A stretch of 63,333 bases of DNA, counting the filler, from Squatina squatina (lineage: Eukaryota): assembly GCA_031763465.1 (NCBI GenBank). It is 4 parts of 4 records of this genome, joined end to end, with 100 filler letters (N's around TTAATTAATTAA, not from the genome) between each part and the next. Parts side by side here need not be neighbours in the genome. Positions count along the whole stretch, not along the records: positions 28,814 to 46,400 come from JARFOE010000233.1; positions 46,501 to 63,333 come from JARFOE010000176.1; 2 more parts are not named here. One strand, given 5' to 3'. Positions 35,912-47,868 of the stretch are shown here, one piece after another. The notes beneath the pieces are model-generated. The model saw only the letters and a program-made list of their open reading frames with translations, did no database searches and was not told where the DNA came from. A program made the translations under genes and the position numbers. The first letter of the stretch is position 1. Each line of letters opens with the position of its first letter.

Positions 35912-36469
35912 GTAGTGAAGATTCTGCTGGTTTTCTTTGCACCTTGCTGTGTATTTTCCCCTTTGTTGATTTTGCCAACTGAAACTCCAATTAGTTTACT
36001 TTATTTATCTACCCTGGGAAAAACTGAACAGAAAATCTCAGTACAGTTGTCAATCAGTCCAGGAGATGATAAAGTGCATCATTTATTCTGTTGCGGCTCA
36101 AGTAGCAGAGACACTATTGTAATAACTTTTAGTTCTGCGCTTTCTGCTCCTATATCTATATGTACATATTGCTGAAAATCTGTATATACATACTACTGAA
36201 TACACTTCCTCTCCATAAAACTTACTTACTGTTGTCAAAATTNNNNNNNNNNNNNNNNNNNNNNNNNNNNNNNNNNNNNNNNNNNNNNNNNNNNNNNNNN
36301 NNNNNNNNNNNNNNNNNNNNNNNNNNNNNNNNNNNNNNNNNNAATGTGCAAATTAGCTACCCTGGTTCCTACATCACAACAGTAACTACACTTCAAAAGT
36401 ACTTTATTGGCTGTAAAGCACTTTGGGCATTGTGAGGTTGTGAAAGGCACTATATAAGTGCAAGTCTTT

Positions 36470-36570
36470 ATTTTCTTTTTTCTCTGTCTCTCTCGCTCTC
36501 TTCATCTTCCTCTCTCTCTTCTCTCCTCTCTATTTCTCTCTGTGTCTCCCTTTCTCCCCCTCTCTCTCAT
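36470..36570. repeat. CT-rich low-complexity tract following a SINE 3' end (36343-36470)
   Basis: About 100 nt almost entirely pyrimidine. Confidence 0.8.
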
Positions 36571-37001
36571 TTACATGAAATGAGTTTGTGCAGCTTCAAC
36601 CCAATCACTTTTAAAGACAACACAGTATCAAACAGGCTTGTCTGCTCCAGTACTGAACAGATGGTAAACTGAGGTTAGAGGGAGTTTTACTCCACACCTG
36701 CCCATGCTATAACTGACCTGGGAGTGCCTGATGCACAGGACTCTCACTTCCAATCCCACACTTACTTCTTGTTTTCATGATATTTGGTCACATTTTCATG
36801 TCAACATTTCTCAATGTAAATTGCTGTCAATTGTCACGGTGTAGTTACACAATCAGGTCATTAGGTGGCACTGTGGGAAAAGTTTCTCTGTTCCAACTGC
36901 TGCGATCATGCATATAAGAAAACTACCATTAATCAGGTGACCGTGGGATATTTTCTAGCATTTCTTTAAATTGCACACTTAAGTAATATTATTATTTGCA
37001 G

Positions 37002-37128
37002 GAAGGACTGGGGAATTGAAAACTTTGTCTCACCAACTCTGCTTCATCACATGAAGGAAAAAGATATCAGAAAGGCCATTAACTATCATCTGAAGAACAA
37101 CCATAGCTTGATTGCACCAGGCCAAAAG
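37002..37128 (+). CDS. FRMPD1: FRMPD1 FERM exon
   Basis: tgcag|G AAG: KDWGIENFVSPTLLHHMKEKDIRKAINYHLKNNHSLIAPGQK|gtaatt. Not in the ORF track. Confidence 0.93.
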
Positions 37129-37177
37129 GTAATTCCTTATAACTGAATATCCAGAGGCAAAAATTACTCTCTTGTAT

Positions 37178-37594
37178 CAGCTGTGTCTTAATTGGTAGCA
37201 CTCTCACCTCATAGTCTGAAGGTTGTGGGATCAAGTTCCACTCCAGATACTTAAGGATACAAATCCAGGCTGACACTGACACTCCAGTGCAGTACTGCGG
37301 GCGCGCTGCACTGTCGGAGGTGCCGCTTTTTCGGTGAGACATTAAACCAAGGCCCCATCTCAGTTTACATCCTCTCAGGTGAATGTAAAAGTCCTAAGGC
37401 ACTATTCGAAGAAGAGCTAGGGAGTTATCCCCAATGTCCTGGCTGATATTTATCTCTCAACCAACATAATAAAAACAGATTATTGCTGATTGAAGGAGCT
37501 TGCCGTGCTTCCTAATTACAACAGTGACTACACTCCAAAAGTACTTAATTGGCTGTAAAGTGCTTTGAGATGTCCGGTGGTCATGGAAGGTGCT
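37178..37594 (+). mobile_element. Deu-domain tRNA SINE (SacSINE1-like), near full length
   Basis: tRNA-like head (tggtagcactctcacctc..ggttgtgggatcaagttccactccag), core cagtgcagtactg..gctgcactgtcggaggtgcc, tail ttggctgtaaagtgcttt. Other copies near 12075, 26575, 33000, 36343 and 51050. Confidence 0.8.
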
Positions 37595-39193
37595 NNNNNN
37601 NNNNNNNNNNNNNNNNNNNNNNNNNNNNNNNNNNNNNNNNNNNNNNNNNNNNNNNNNNNNNNNNNNNNNNNNNNNNNNNNNNNNNNNNNNNNNNGGAGAG
37701 TGAGATGGAAGGAGATGTCGATGGCATTCGATGAAATAGGCGTGCGAAGAGGCTCGTGTGGAGCATAAGCACCAACACAGATCAGTTGGGCCAAATGGCC
37801 TATTTCTGTGTTGTAGATTCTATGTAATTCTATGTAAGTTATGGGATAAGGCTGCAAGGAAGGATACTGCGGGAGCTTGTGCTTATTTTCTGCCATTGTT
37901 TTGCTGGAACCAAAATGGGTCTTTGTGAGCCCATCATTTCCTTTTAATGAATTCTTTGACAGAAAGAATACGAGGGTCGTGGACCCTCGGAATTGTTCCT
38001 TTTTTATTGAGGTTGTAGCAGATGAGATAATGTGCTTCAGTAATCTGCAATTAAATAAGGCAGAGTGGCTATTAAAGGTTAAGTGGGTTGTTTTTGGTTG
38101 GCCAGCTGTTTGAATTGAGTGATTCTCTTTAACCACGCGTTAAATGACTTAATTTGTGACTGGTGGTAAATTAACATTTGAAAATGTGTAAAATCGCACC
38201 CTATCATTCGGTTGGGTAATTCAGGTAATTTCCACACATCTTCGACTCAAAATAACTTTTAATGTCCACAAACAGGACAGTTGCACCTTGCTGCTCAAAT
38301 TCTGTTCAATTTAATTGACCTTGCTTTTTCACTAACATATTTAGGACTACTAAGATTCTCAGGGAGCAAGCATCCCATCGTGCATTTGGCCAGGTACTGT
38401 CAGTAACCTGCATTTTAATATTTTTTTTGTCCAGCACCTAAAGTTGATAATCATTATCGACTAGTCACTGTAGTGGGATCCCAGGCATATACTGCAGGGA
38501 TCCAGAACATTACATTATAGAGCAGCCAACCAATTCTTTACAACATAAAGAGTATCTTTGAGAAACTGAGCCTTATGAATATACATCAGTTATGTTATAT
38601 TAAAACTCGTTCATTAGCCATTTGTAAAGTAGTTATTTAAATTCATACAATAAAGATAAAAAGTAATGCGTATTCATCGAGTGGATTTTCCATTTAGTTC
38701 TTCCAAATCAGAGGAAGCTTGCCTCACCATCGTATGCTAATAAGTTCAGCTGGATTAAATTGTTGAATAATGAAATGACAGAACCAAATATGTGAAAACT
38801 GCAAAATAACAAGATATCTGCAAATGTAAAACTGCAATTATGTCTGGCGAGGAGATACTGGGAATTATATTTTACGCATTGAAGGAGGAATTGTTGTGTG
38901 ATATTAATTAACGTACAAGAGTGAATTTGATGAACATGCAATCACAGAGCCATACCTGCTGGGAATGCATGTCATGATTTCCTGATAGTGTTTCCCGAAG
39001 ACATGGCTTTGAGCTGGGACCACATATAGGAAGGTCGCAAGCGAGCTTCCCATGATTTTCCATCTGAAATGCTCTGGCCATTTTTTGGTAGATGCTCCCA
39101 CAGGTGTGGCTCTGTGCTGGGAGCACACTTTCATTACCCCTTAATATAATTGCATTAAAATTTAATTAAAAATGTTCTTCACTCTGTTTGAAG

Positions 39194-39289
39194 CAACTGA
39201 TATCGACAGCACAGGCCCGGCTGAATTACCTAAACATACTTGGTGACCTTCGAGCGTATGGAGGGAAAACCTTTCACGCAACCCTCATG
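39194..39289 (+). CDS. FRMPD1: FRMPD1 FERM exon
   Basis: QLISTAQARLNYLNILGDLRAYGGKTFHATLM|gtacgt, 96 nt. Confidence 0.93.
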
Positions 39290-39378
39290 GTACGTATAGA
39301 AAAAGAGGAAACCAGGTTCCTTTTAGACCCAGTTTTTGTTTCCTTGAATAAATTTCTAATGAAATGTGGTTTCTTTAG

Positions 39379-39561
39379 CTGCAGGACAGAGAATCATTTA
39401 TTACATTGTTGGTAGGAGCCAAATATGGTATCAGCCAGGTTATTAACAGCAAGCTCAATATTATGAACCAGCTAACAAACTTCAACAACATCAGGAAGTT
39501 GGAGTTGACCTTCGAATGCGACAAAGTCAGCATGGTGAACATCTACCTCGTGGATGTCAAG
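39379..39561 (+). CDS. FRMPD1: FRMPD1 FERM exon
   Basis: tttag|LQDRESFITLLVGAKYGISQVINSKLNIM...YLVDVK|gtaatg, 183 nt, after an 89-nt intron. Confidence 0.94.
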
Positions 39562-40035
39562 GTAATGGATGTGTGTGCTAACTCCTTGCCCGAACAAGGG
39601 CACTGTGCTTTATCTCGTATAAACATTAATTCACTCAAAATTCAGCTGCTACGCCCTGTGCCACAGTAAGTCTTGCTCTCAGTCCCCCAACATGTTGAAT
39701 TTAAACCACTTGAGGGCGACTCTTATGCTTACTTGCTGCCGGAAACCAGGAAGCTGGCAGTTAAAATGGCCCCAAGTTACTTACGCTCTGGAGCCACCAG
39801 GATCCCAATGTCAGCGGATCCTGACTGCAATTTTAACTCAGGCCTGAGATAGGNNNNNNNNNNNNNNNNNNNNNNNNNNNNNNNNNNNNNNNNNNNNNNN
39901 NNNNNNNNNNNNNNNNNNNNNNNNNNNNNNNNNNNNNNNNNNNNNNNNNNNNNGAACAATCAATGTGTTGCTTGGCATTTGCAGGAAATATTAACGCTAC
40001 ATCAACAATTTAAATGCTTTTCATTTTCTCGGCAG

Positions 40036-40872
40036 ATTTGGAGTCTGCCTACATTAAGGGGATTGAAGAGAACTGGAATGTGCGGACCAGTCCAAGTCTT
40101 TACAGCACTGGAATGGACATCAAGTCTGTGGAAAGCATGAAAGGTGAAATTGAAGAAGCAAAATATGCAACAAATACAGAAAAAGGGCATTTCACACCCA
40201 AGGACCTTTATGATGTAAAAGCTGTTCTATCCCAGTGTTATTCAAGCAAAGGTGAAGATCACATGTGTTGTTATGAAAGGGAGAATCTTGTGTCAAGGAT
40301 GCAGCAATCACCAACTCTCTCTTCTTTGACGAGTACTGAAAGTGAACCTGCCTTGTTGGAAACTAAGCCAATTGGTCCATTAAAGTCCATCTCCATCTGT
40401 GTCAATAAAAAGGCCACATCAGATTTAATGGAGATGGAGCCTGATACCATGGAGACCAAATCAGTTACAGAAGCAATAACAGTTATTACTCCGGTTTCAG
40501 TTACACGTTACCCATGCGACTCAGACATTAAAAAGGGCTATGCTCCAAAAGCAGGCTGTTCTGAAGGAGGAGAGAACACAAACAATCCTGTCCTTAATGT
40601 GAAGCTGCCTGGAACAGATTATTCCAATTTGGAGGAGTGCTCAAGTCGTTCAGGAGTAATTCTGGAGCTTGGACATACATGCTCAGGGGATCCAACAGAA
40701 GATAAGACATATAATGTTACCACTGTGTCTTGCTCTGATGAACAACAAACCCTGAACATTAGCATGAAAGCCAAAGAACAAGATGAAGCAATTGTCGAAA
40801 ACAGTACAGTCCTAGCAAAGGGGCATGAAAAGTGTGCTCAATCGGTGGACATAGATCAAAATGGAACTGCAC
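40036..40872 (+). CDS. FRMPD1: FRMPD1 large C-terminal-region exon (3' truncated by gap)
   Basis: ggcag| acceptor and an 837-nt open frame containing MEMEPDTMETKSV (recalled human FRMPD1 MEMEPETMETKSV). Confidence 0.85.
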
Positions 40873-40972
40873 NNNNNNNNNNNNNNNNNNNNNNNNNNNN
40901 NNNNNNNNNNNNNNNNNNNNNNNNNNNNNNNNNNNNNNNNNNNNNNNNNNNNNNNNNNNNNNNNNNNNNNNN

Positions 40973-41879
40973 AATGGACAACAATATTGACAAACAATGA
41001 TATAGAACAGCAATGGGAAACATTTAAAAATGTGTTCAACAGAGTCCAGGAAAAATGAAGACATGAAACAAATTGAGGGTAAGGAAAGAGGCATGCACTA
41101 AGTTCATAGACAGCAGGGGGAGAGCATGACAAGGGAGAATACGAGAAATCAAAAAACAATTAGGAAGGCAAAGGAGACCTGTGAAATTAAATTATCAAGG
41201 GACATGAAACAAAACGGTAAAATATTCTACAGGCACATAAATAAAGAAAGTTGGGATGGGAATAGAGCCACTAAGGGATGGACAGGATAAAGTCACAGAG
41301 TGATAGCTAAATGGCAGAAATATTAAATAATTACTTTGCTTCATTATTTACCAGGGAGACAGATCAGATGGACATGACATCGGAAAATGAGATTAGAAAC
41401 GATATAACCAGTTAAAAATAAAAATAAGAGAAATATTAAATAAACTAATCAAATGTAAAGAGGATAAAACCCCTGGACCGGATGGATTGCATCCGTGCAT
41501 TTTAAAAGAATCTAGAGAAGAGATAGCAGAGGCACTACTACATATATTTAATAATTTAATTAGAAAAAGGTGTCGTGTCAGAGGACTGGCGGATAACTAA
41601 CATTATACCTATATTTAAGAAGGCGATAGAACGTGTCCAGGTAACTATAGACCAGTCAGCTTAACATCGGTGATAGGAAAAATAATGGGATCCTGACTAA
41701 AGGAGAAAATAGAAAAACACCTAGAAACCGAAAATAGAATAATGAATAGTCAGCATGGATTTGAAAAGGGAAAGTCTTGCTTGATCAATCTCATTGAATT
41801 CTTTGAAGAGGTAAGAGTGAGTAGACAAGGGTAATGTAGTGGATGTAATTTATCTAGATTTCCAAAAGGCCTCCGATAA
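40973..41879 (+). mobile_element. CR1 LINE ORF2 reverse-transcriptase fragment, frameshifted
   Basis: KTPGPDGLHP.ILKE, EDWR..N..PIFKK, PGNYRPVSLTS..GK, SQHGF.KGKSCL.NL, VDVIYLDFQKA.D. Confidence 0.93.
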
Positions 41880-41979
41880 NNNNNNNNNNNNNNNNNNNNN
41901 NNNNNNNNNNNNNNNNNNNNNNNNNNNNNNNNNNNNNNNNNNNNNNNNNNNNNNNNNNNNNNNNNNNNNNNNNNNNNNN

Positions 41980-42614
41980 GCAGCCACTTCCAGCTGCAGG
42001 ACCGTGTGGCCCGGTAGTTGTCGTTGTCGGAGCCCGTGGTTGAGACGCTGCGTGGGAGCCCGCGGGGCCGCTGTAACCGTGCGTGTAGGATGTCCCGACA
42101 TGAAGGTGAGTGAGAGACTGAGGCGAGAGGCCCGTCTAGCAGGCCGCTGCCCTCGGCCTCCGTCTGTGATCAGGAAGCCGCCATAGTCACTAGGCCCGGG
42201 TTGCGAGGCCGTGGCCGAGCCCTGGGTGTGCGGTGGTGGAGAGAGGGAAAAGAAAGGCCGCTCCCCGGTTGCTGTGGCGGTGGGGCGGGTCCTGTTTTGA
42301 TTTTCGGCCCAGCGAGGCCCTTGTTGAGCCTGGGTATCGCCCAACGCCCGCCCCTCCACGGGCCTTGTCCCTCCCTCCCCCGGCTCCGAATGATTGCACT
42401 GTCATCAAGGTGGCCGGCGGTTCGCTGCGGCCTGAGGCAGGCTGTGGGCCTACTCCGGGAGGCCAGCGCTGCCTCCTGTCTCCGACCCAGGCCGAGCTGA
42501 CAGCTCTACACCGGGGAGGCTGCGAGTACAGGGTTGCGCTGCGCCCGGGGATTTGGGAGCTGCCGATTTGTAGGCCTCGGGGCAATGGGGTCGGGTAGTG
42601 TTGGATCCCCATTC
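41980..42614 (+). promoter_or_regulatory. KCMF1: CpG island covering KCMF1 exon 1 and the start of intron 1
   Basis: GC/CpG-rich contig containing the start codon. Confidence 0.8.
42090..42105 (+). CDS. KCMF1: KCMF1 coding exon 1 (MSRHE-G)
   Basis: ATG TCC CGA CAT GAA G|gtgagt; phase 1 joins GT GTC AGC of the next exon to give MSRHEGVSCDAC. Confidence 0.93.
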
Positions 42615-43488
42615 NNNNNNNNNNNNNNNNNNNNNNNNNNNNNNNNNNNNNNNNNNNNNNNNNNNNNNNNNNNNNNNNNNNNNNNNNNNNNNNNNNNNNN
42701 NNNNNNNNNNNNNNCTGCAGATAGTTATTTATATATAGTGAAGTATTAAGACTGCAACACTCTGTTGGGCTAGCACTGACACTATGGCAGATTACCATTG
42801 AACGATTTAGATATTAAATGTAACTGGTAAAAAGCGCAAACTGACATTCTTAAAGTTTTGAATGTTGGTATTAAGTATACAGTTATTGAGTGAGTTTTAC
42901 TACAAGTTGAAAATCAATAAATCCAATTGAGAATATGCAAGATAGCATATGTATTGTCCTCAATACAATTTTCTCTACTAATATCATAATTTAAAGAATA
43001 AATTGTAATGGTTATTTATTTAAAGCTGTATGTGAAGACTTTCACATTCTCTCAGATGTTCCTTAAAANNNNNNNNNNACATAGTAGGGAAATTAGGAAC
43101 ATAAATGTATATCCTGTCATGCTGTGACATAGTGCATCATAGCTTTGTTCACTCAAACCTTGCTCTTGGAGTTTGTATTATCTGAGCCCCTGGATATATT
43201 ACTACCTTGTAAAAGACATGAGCATATTCAGCACACTATTAAACCACCTAGTCCTCAGAAATGATTTATTAAAAAATATAAAAAGCCAAGCTGAAGAAAA
43301 TCTGAGTTATTGCAAAAGTAATCTTTTTGGGCAATTGTTTAAAATGGGTTTTGTATGCTACAATTACATGATGCAGCTCACTGGTGTCTAAACCCACTAC
43401 TGTGTATTTTCTGTTCAAACTGATCAAAAGACCGCTTCGGAAAATGTACCAAGCATTGATGTTTTCTCTTGTTCCTCCTTGTTTCTAG

Positions 43489-43656
43489 GTGTCAGCTGTG
43501 ATGCATGTTTAAAAGGAAATTTTCGAGGTCGCAGATATAAGTGCTTAATTTGTTACGACTACGATCTGTGCGCATCTTGTTATGAAAGTGGGGCCACTAC
43601 TACAAGGCACACAACTGACCATCCAATGCAGTGCATATTAACAAGAGTAGATTTTG
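43489..43656 (+). CDS. KCMF1: KCMF1 exon 2, ZZ zinc finger
   Basis: GVSCDACLKGNFRGRRYKCLICYDYDLCASCYESGATTTRHTTDHPMQCILTRVDF, 168 nt, ag/gtaagt. Confidence 0.97.
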
Positions 43657-44117
43657 GTAAGTATTTTTAAAGTCTGTTACATTGCATTTCTTGTATAGTG
43701 TGAGTAAAAGTCCACTGTTTTGAAAGGCTGAATGGAAACTTTTATAATTGAGTAACTTGGAGAGCAGGTTTTAATAAAGTGAATATAGATGTTTTGCATT
43801 TTTATAGGGGTTCCATTGTGATCAGCCAGTTAATTCTGTTTAATTGTGCTTTTTCTAGCTGCCAGTAAAATGTTGAGATTTACAATCTCATTTTTGGCAT
43901 CTTGATAGTTGTCCTTAACTTTAGCAGCTTGTGTACATGCAAACGCCAGACGTTTGTAGTTCATCGCACAAACCTGCTTTGCCCCTGGGAGGCTCAGGAT
44001 CAAAAATTCTTGCACTGTTTCATAAGTTCTATGCGACATGTTGGCTAGTTTTCACATATATCAGTCAGTCTCGTGGGATTTGCATATAGGTATTCAAGAA
44101 CAAATGTATAATTATAT

Positions 44118-44259
44118 AAGGAAGGATATTCTTGCCGTAGAGGGGGTACAACGAAGGTTCACCAGACTGATTCTTGGGATGAGGGGATTGTCCTATGAGG
44201 AGAGATTGAGTAGACTGGGCCTGTATTCTCCAGAGTTTAGAAGAATGAGAGGTGATCTC
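44118..44259 (+). mobile_element. CR1 ORF2 C-terminal fragment
   Basis: RKDILAVEGVQRRFTRLILGMRGLSYEERLSRLGLYSPEFRRMRGDL. Confidence 0.9.
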
Positions 44260-44404
44260 NNNNNNNNNNNNNNNNNNNNNNNNNNNNNNNNNNNNNNNNN
44301 NNNNNNNNNNNNNNNNNNNNNNNNNNNNNNNNNNNNNNNNNNNNNNNNNNNNNNNNNNNTTTATATATTTTGCATGTATTGATGTGTACTTTATTGTTTT
44401 GCAG

Positions 44405-44544
44405 ATTTGTATTACGGTGGGGAAGCCTTGTCAGTTGAGCAACCACAGTCTTTTACTTGTCCTTACTGTGGGAAAATGGGGTTCACTGAAACAACTCTCC
44501 AGGAACACGTTACTTCAGAGCATGCAGAAACATCAACAGAAGTG
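44405..44544 (+). CDS. KCMF1: KCMF1 exon 3, C2H2/Di19-type zinc finger
   Basis: DLYYGGEALSVEQPQSFTCPYCGKMGFTETTLQEHVTSEHAETSTEV|gtaaga, 140 nt; exons 1-3 sum to 324 nt (in frame). Confidence 0.97.
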
Positions 44545-45554
44545 GTAAGAGTCATCCTGGGACTTTATAAAAAAAAAAATTGTTTTTGTGATGTGGGTGA
44601 CGCTGAAAAGGCATTATTTATGGTCCATCACTAGTTGCCCTGAGGGCATTGAGTCAACCACAAATTGTGGCCCTGGAGTTGCATGTAGGGCAGGCCAGAC
44701 CGGGTAGGGGTGGTAGGTCCCTTCCCTAAAGGACATTGCAGAACCAATTGGCTCTAGATGACAAAATGGTAACTTTCATTGTTGATTTTAGATGTGAAAT
44801 GAAATTCAATACAACATGTTATGGTGGGCTTTGAACTCATGACCTCAGGGTTGCTAATTCAGTTCTTTAGCCAGTAGGTTACAGTACTCTAAATTTGCCC
44901 TATCTTGTAGACAATGTCATCCCACTGCAGGACCTCGGACTTTAACTTTGGATTCTCACGTATCACCTCTTCTCCATTCACTATTTGTAACCAGGCCATA
45001 TCTAACCTAATCTTTACCAGTTATATGTAACCTGAATTTCCTTTGTGTCCATTTGCATGTATACATTGGCTGTTGTTTTGGACCCAAACCCATTACTTCT
45101 TTTTTCTCTTGGACTCTCTGGGGCCCTTCTTTCCTGTTTCTTCCCCGTTCTGTCTCCGAATCATGACATCTTTAATTTCTTCCCTCTCAGGTACTTCCTT
45201 ATCCCAAACCATCACCACTCCTCTGCCTTCCTACTCTTCTGTTACCATCCCATGATTGAATCCCCTTTGGATAGGCCCACAGCTACCTTCTGTGCCTCTC
45301 TACATTCTCCAAGGGGCCTAACAAGACATCTGTTGTTACCTCCTTTATTAGCAGCAACCTCAACTGCCCCATCCACCTCAGNNNNNNNNNNNNNNNNNNN
45401 NNNNNNNNNNNNNNNNNNNNNNNNNNNNNNNNNNNNNNNNNNNNNNNNNNNNNNNNNNNNNNNNNNNNNNNNNNNNNNNNNCATTTGTCTGAACTTTTAG
45501 ATTTTGTCATAATTAGAAGTGATCATTAAACTTGCTTCTTTTAATATATTACAG

Positions 45555-45656
45555 GTTTGTCCAATTTGTGCAGCATTACCTGGAGGAGATCCTAATCATG
45601 TCACGGACGACTTTGCAGCTCATCTTACACTTGAACACAGGGCTCCTAGAGATTTA
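45555..45656 (+). CDS. KCMF1: KCMF1 exon 4, followed by a U12-type donor
   Basis: acag|VCPICAALPGGDPNHVTDDFAAHLTLEHRAPRDL|ATATCCTTT, 102 nt. Not in the ORF track. Confidence 0.95.
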
Positions 45657-45665
45657 ATATCCTTT
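45657..45665 (+). other. KCMF1: Minor-spliceosome (U12, AT-AC subtype) 5' splice site
   Basis: Exact ATATCCTTT consensus where protein homology ends, with no GT donor at that position. Confidence 0.9.
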
Positions 45666-46167
45666 TGAAAGTCTAAAAATCAGCTACCTGAAGTGCCAAA
45701 AGGAAAATTCATAGTTGTGTATCCTGTGCCACAAAGATTTATGGAAGTGATTTTAAAATGGGAATTGTTCATGGCCTAGTTTTTCAACGAGGTGGTGATA
45801 CAGTGGAGTAAAGAAGTCAACTGTTATCTTCGCAGACCAGGATGATCCTGGAGTAGTGTGCGGTACTGGCCAAGGAATATGAGGCCAGGTAGCACTTGAT
45901 ATGGACCAGTCAGATCTGGTGATGAATGGTTAAATCAGTTGTGCAACGGATATGGTCAAGTCTGTGTGTTTGGACTTGAGGGGGCAAAGATGAGGGCCAT
46001 ATCAGGGGAATGACGATGATGGGAGAAAGAAATGGTTTTAATGGGGTGAAGGATTGATTGAGCAAATTGAAGAAGCATCATGGCGAATGGACGAGACTGT
46101 TGGCAATTTGAAAATAAGTGACTCATTGTAATATGGTTTCTTCAAACTCGGCATTATTTTATATAAT

Positions 46168-46292
46168 TAAAAACAGAGAATGCTGTAAATACTCAGCAGG
46201 TCAAGCTGCATCTGTGGAGAGAGAAACAGAGTTAGTGTTTCAGGTTGAAGACCCTTTGTCAGATTCCAGCATCTGCAGTATTTTACTTTTGT
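46168..46292. mobile_element. Short repeat with imperfect inverted ends (Penelope-terminus-like)
   Basis: aaaacagagaatgctgtaaatactcagcagg...ttccagcatctgcagtatttt; related pieces at 17871-17935 and 30780-30844. Confidence 0.6.
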
Positions 46293-46400
46293 ATAGGCAT
46301 TTATTTAGTTTGTTATAACTGCTTTTAATTTTAAACTCAGTGGCCTCGGCTTTCCAGCACTGTACCGTTGGTTTTCCAGTGGATCTGTGTCGAATGGGAC

Positions 46401-46500
46401 NNNNNNNNNNNNNNNNNNNNNNNNNNNNNNNNNNNNNNNNNNNNTTAATTAATTAANNNNNNNNNNNNNNNNNNNNNNNNNNNNNNNNNNNNNNNNNNNN
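46401..46500. other. Artificial assembly spacer (44 N + TTAATTAATTAA + 44 N)
   Basis: 12-mer at 46445-46456. Gene content switches from KCMF1 to JAK1 across it. Confidence 0.97.
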
Positions 46501-47276
46501 CCTCTGTATAGGTGGAGAGCCCCCGTCCGTTGTCGGCACACGTTTCTGTAAGGCCCAAAGCAAACGTGTGACCTACAGGGCGATCAATACAAAGCTGCCT
46601 GTTTTGCATCACCGCCTGTGTTCCAATTTCACCCCCTACATCTGCAATTTTAAAGAAGGCGTTACCTTAATTATTTTAAGTAGGTTACTGTCTCAATAAG
46701 ATGGCGGTTGGAGGAAGGCGGTGCGAATGTGTTAGGCATTCACTTGTCAACATCGCCAAATGCAATGATCAGCCTTGCGCTGCAAGATTTCAAAATGTAA
46801 AGTGCTTGATGTGCAACAGCAATAGGCGAGTATCTGACAGAGGCAAAGCACATTCATGTTCAGCTGTCATACGGGAGCTTATTGCGAACTGCCAATATTC
46901 TAATTTCAGTAACAAGTAGCCAATGTCATGGACAGGAACCAGTCAGTGTGTAAAGATTAATTGTGAATAAACAGTGGCTTGGAAGATTGATGTTTCTATG
47001 CATCAAATCAAGAAGATAGATGCCAAGGAAGTACACTCCTCAACAGTGCACCCAGATGGGTAAACTGGCCTGCATTAGTCGCTTAAACCACATGTATAAA
47101 CATTACCGGATTCAGGATATTTCATATTTCTTTGTTCAGCAATACAAGAATTATAACTGCACACGAAGTTTACTGAAAATTTCAAATCAATCACAAAATA
47201 AATTGAAGTTTTTTGAATTTAGGAGCCTGCTAAATTTGATAAATCCCAATATCAAAAACTTTTTTTTCAATCCTAC

Positions 47277-47433
47277 TTGAGCAAATAGGTATTCCAGGGA
47301 ACTCGCATCCAAAAGAGGAGTTCCATTTTCCACACTTTTGGGATCATAGCCATTTTTCTGCTTTCGTACAGGAGAGTGTCTCCAGACAGGCTGTTCGTTT
47401 TCATTGGATCCGTGCCAGTTTCCAAAGAAGAAC
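47277..47433 (-). CDS. JAK1: Janus kinase 1, FERM-domain exon
   Basis: tctgcag|G TTC: (R)[52 protein letters not shown]|gtagga, 157 nt, matching recalled human JAK1. The ORF track shows a different frame. Confidence 0.95.
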
Positions 47434-47466
47434 CTGCAGAAACAGAGTATTGTTGGTACTGGAAAT

Positions 47467-47768
47467 CAGGCAATGTGGCAACAGTGGTGGAAAGCAATGT
47501 ATACTATGAACATACAGTCATACAGGTATTATGGTGGAAAGCAATGGATACTATGGACATACAATCATACAGGTAATAGTGGGGGAGAGCAATGGATACT
47601 ATGAACATACAGTCATACAGGTAATAGTGGTGGAAAGCAATGGATACAATGGACATACAATCATACAGGTAATAGTGGTGGAAAGCAATGGGTACAATGG
47701 ACATACAGTTATACAGGTAATAGTGGTGGACAGCAATGGATACTATGAACATACAGTTATACAGGTAA
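47467..47768. repeat. 48-bp minisatellite (about 6 copies, runs into gap) in JAK1 intron
   Basis: Unit caggtaatagtggtggaaagcaatggatac(t/a)atg(a/g)acataca(g/a)tcata; 16-aa periodicity in the spurious ORFs. Confidence 0.95.
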
Positions 47769-47868
47769 NNNNNNNNNNNNNNNNNNNNNNNNNNNNNNNN
47801 NNNNNNNNNNNNNNNNNNNNNNNNNNNNNNNNNNNNNNNNNNNNNNNNNNNNNNNNNNNNNNNNNNNN

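Noticed and set aside
37178-37260. tRNA gene
   Set aside because: The A/B boxes belong to a SINE head that continues into a shared repeat body; no cloverleaf or terminator.
41839-42798. Several overlapping 100-200 aa ORFs
   Set aside because: Stop-poor CpG island. Only the 16-nt KCMF1 exon 1 CDS is supported.
46685-46845. Possible second JAK1 exon on the minus strand
   Set aside because: An acceptor-like site is present, but all three frames hit stops and none resembles JAK1.
47467-47768. CRISPR-like array or repeat protein
   Set aside because: Head-to-tail units with no unique spacers, no cas genes, and a vertebrate intronic context. The ORFs exist because the unit length is a multiple of 3.
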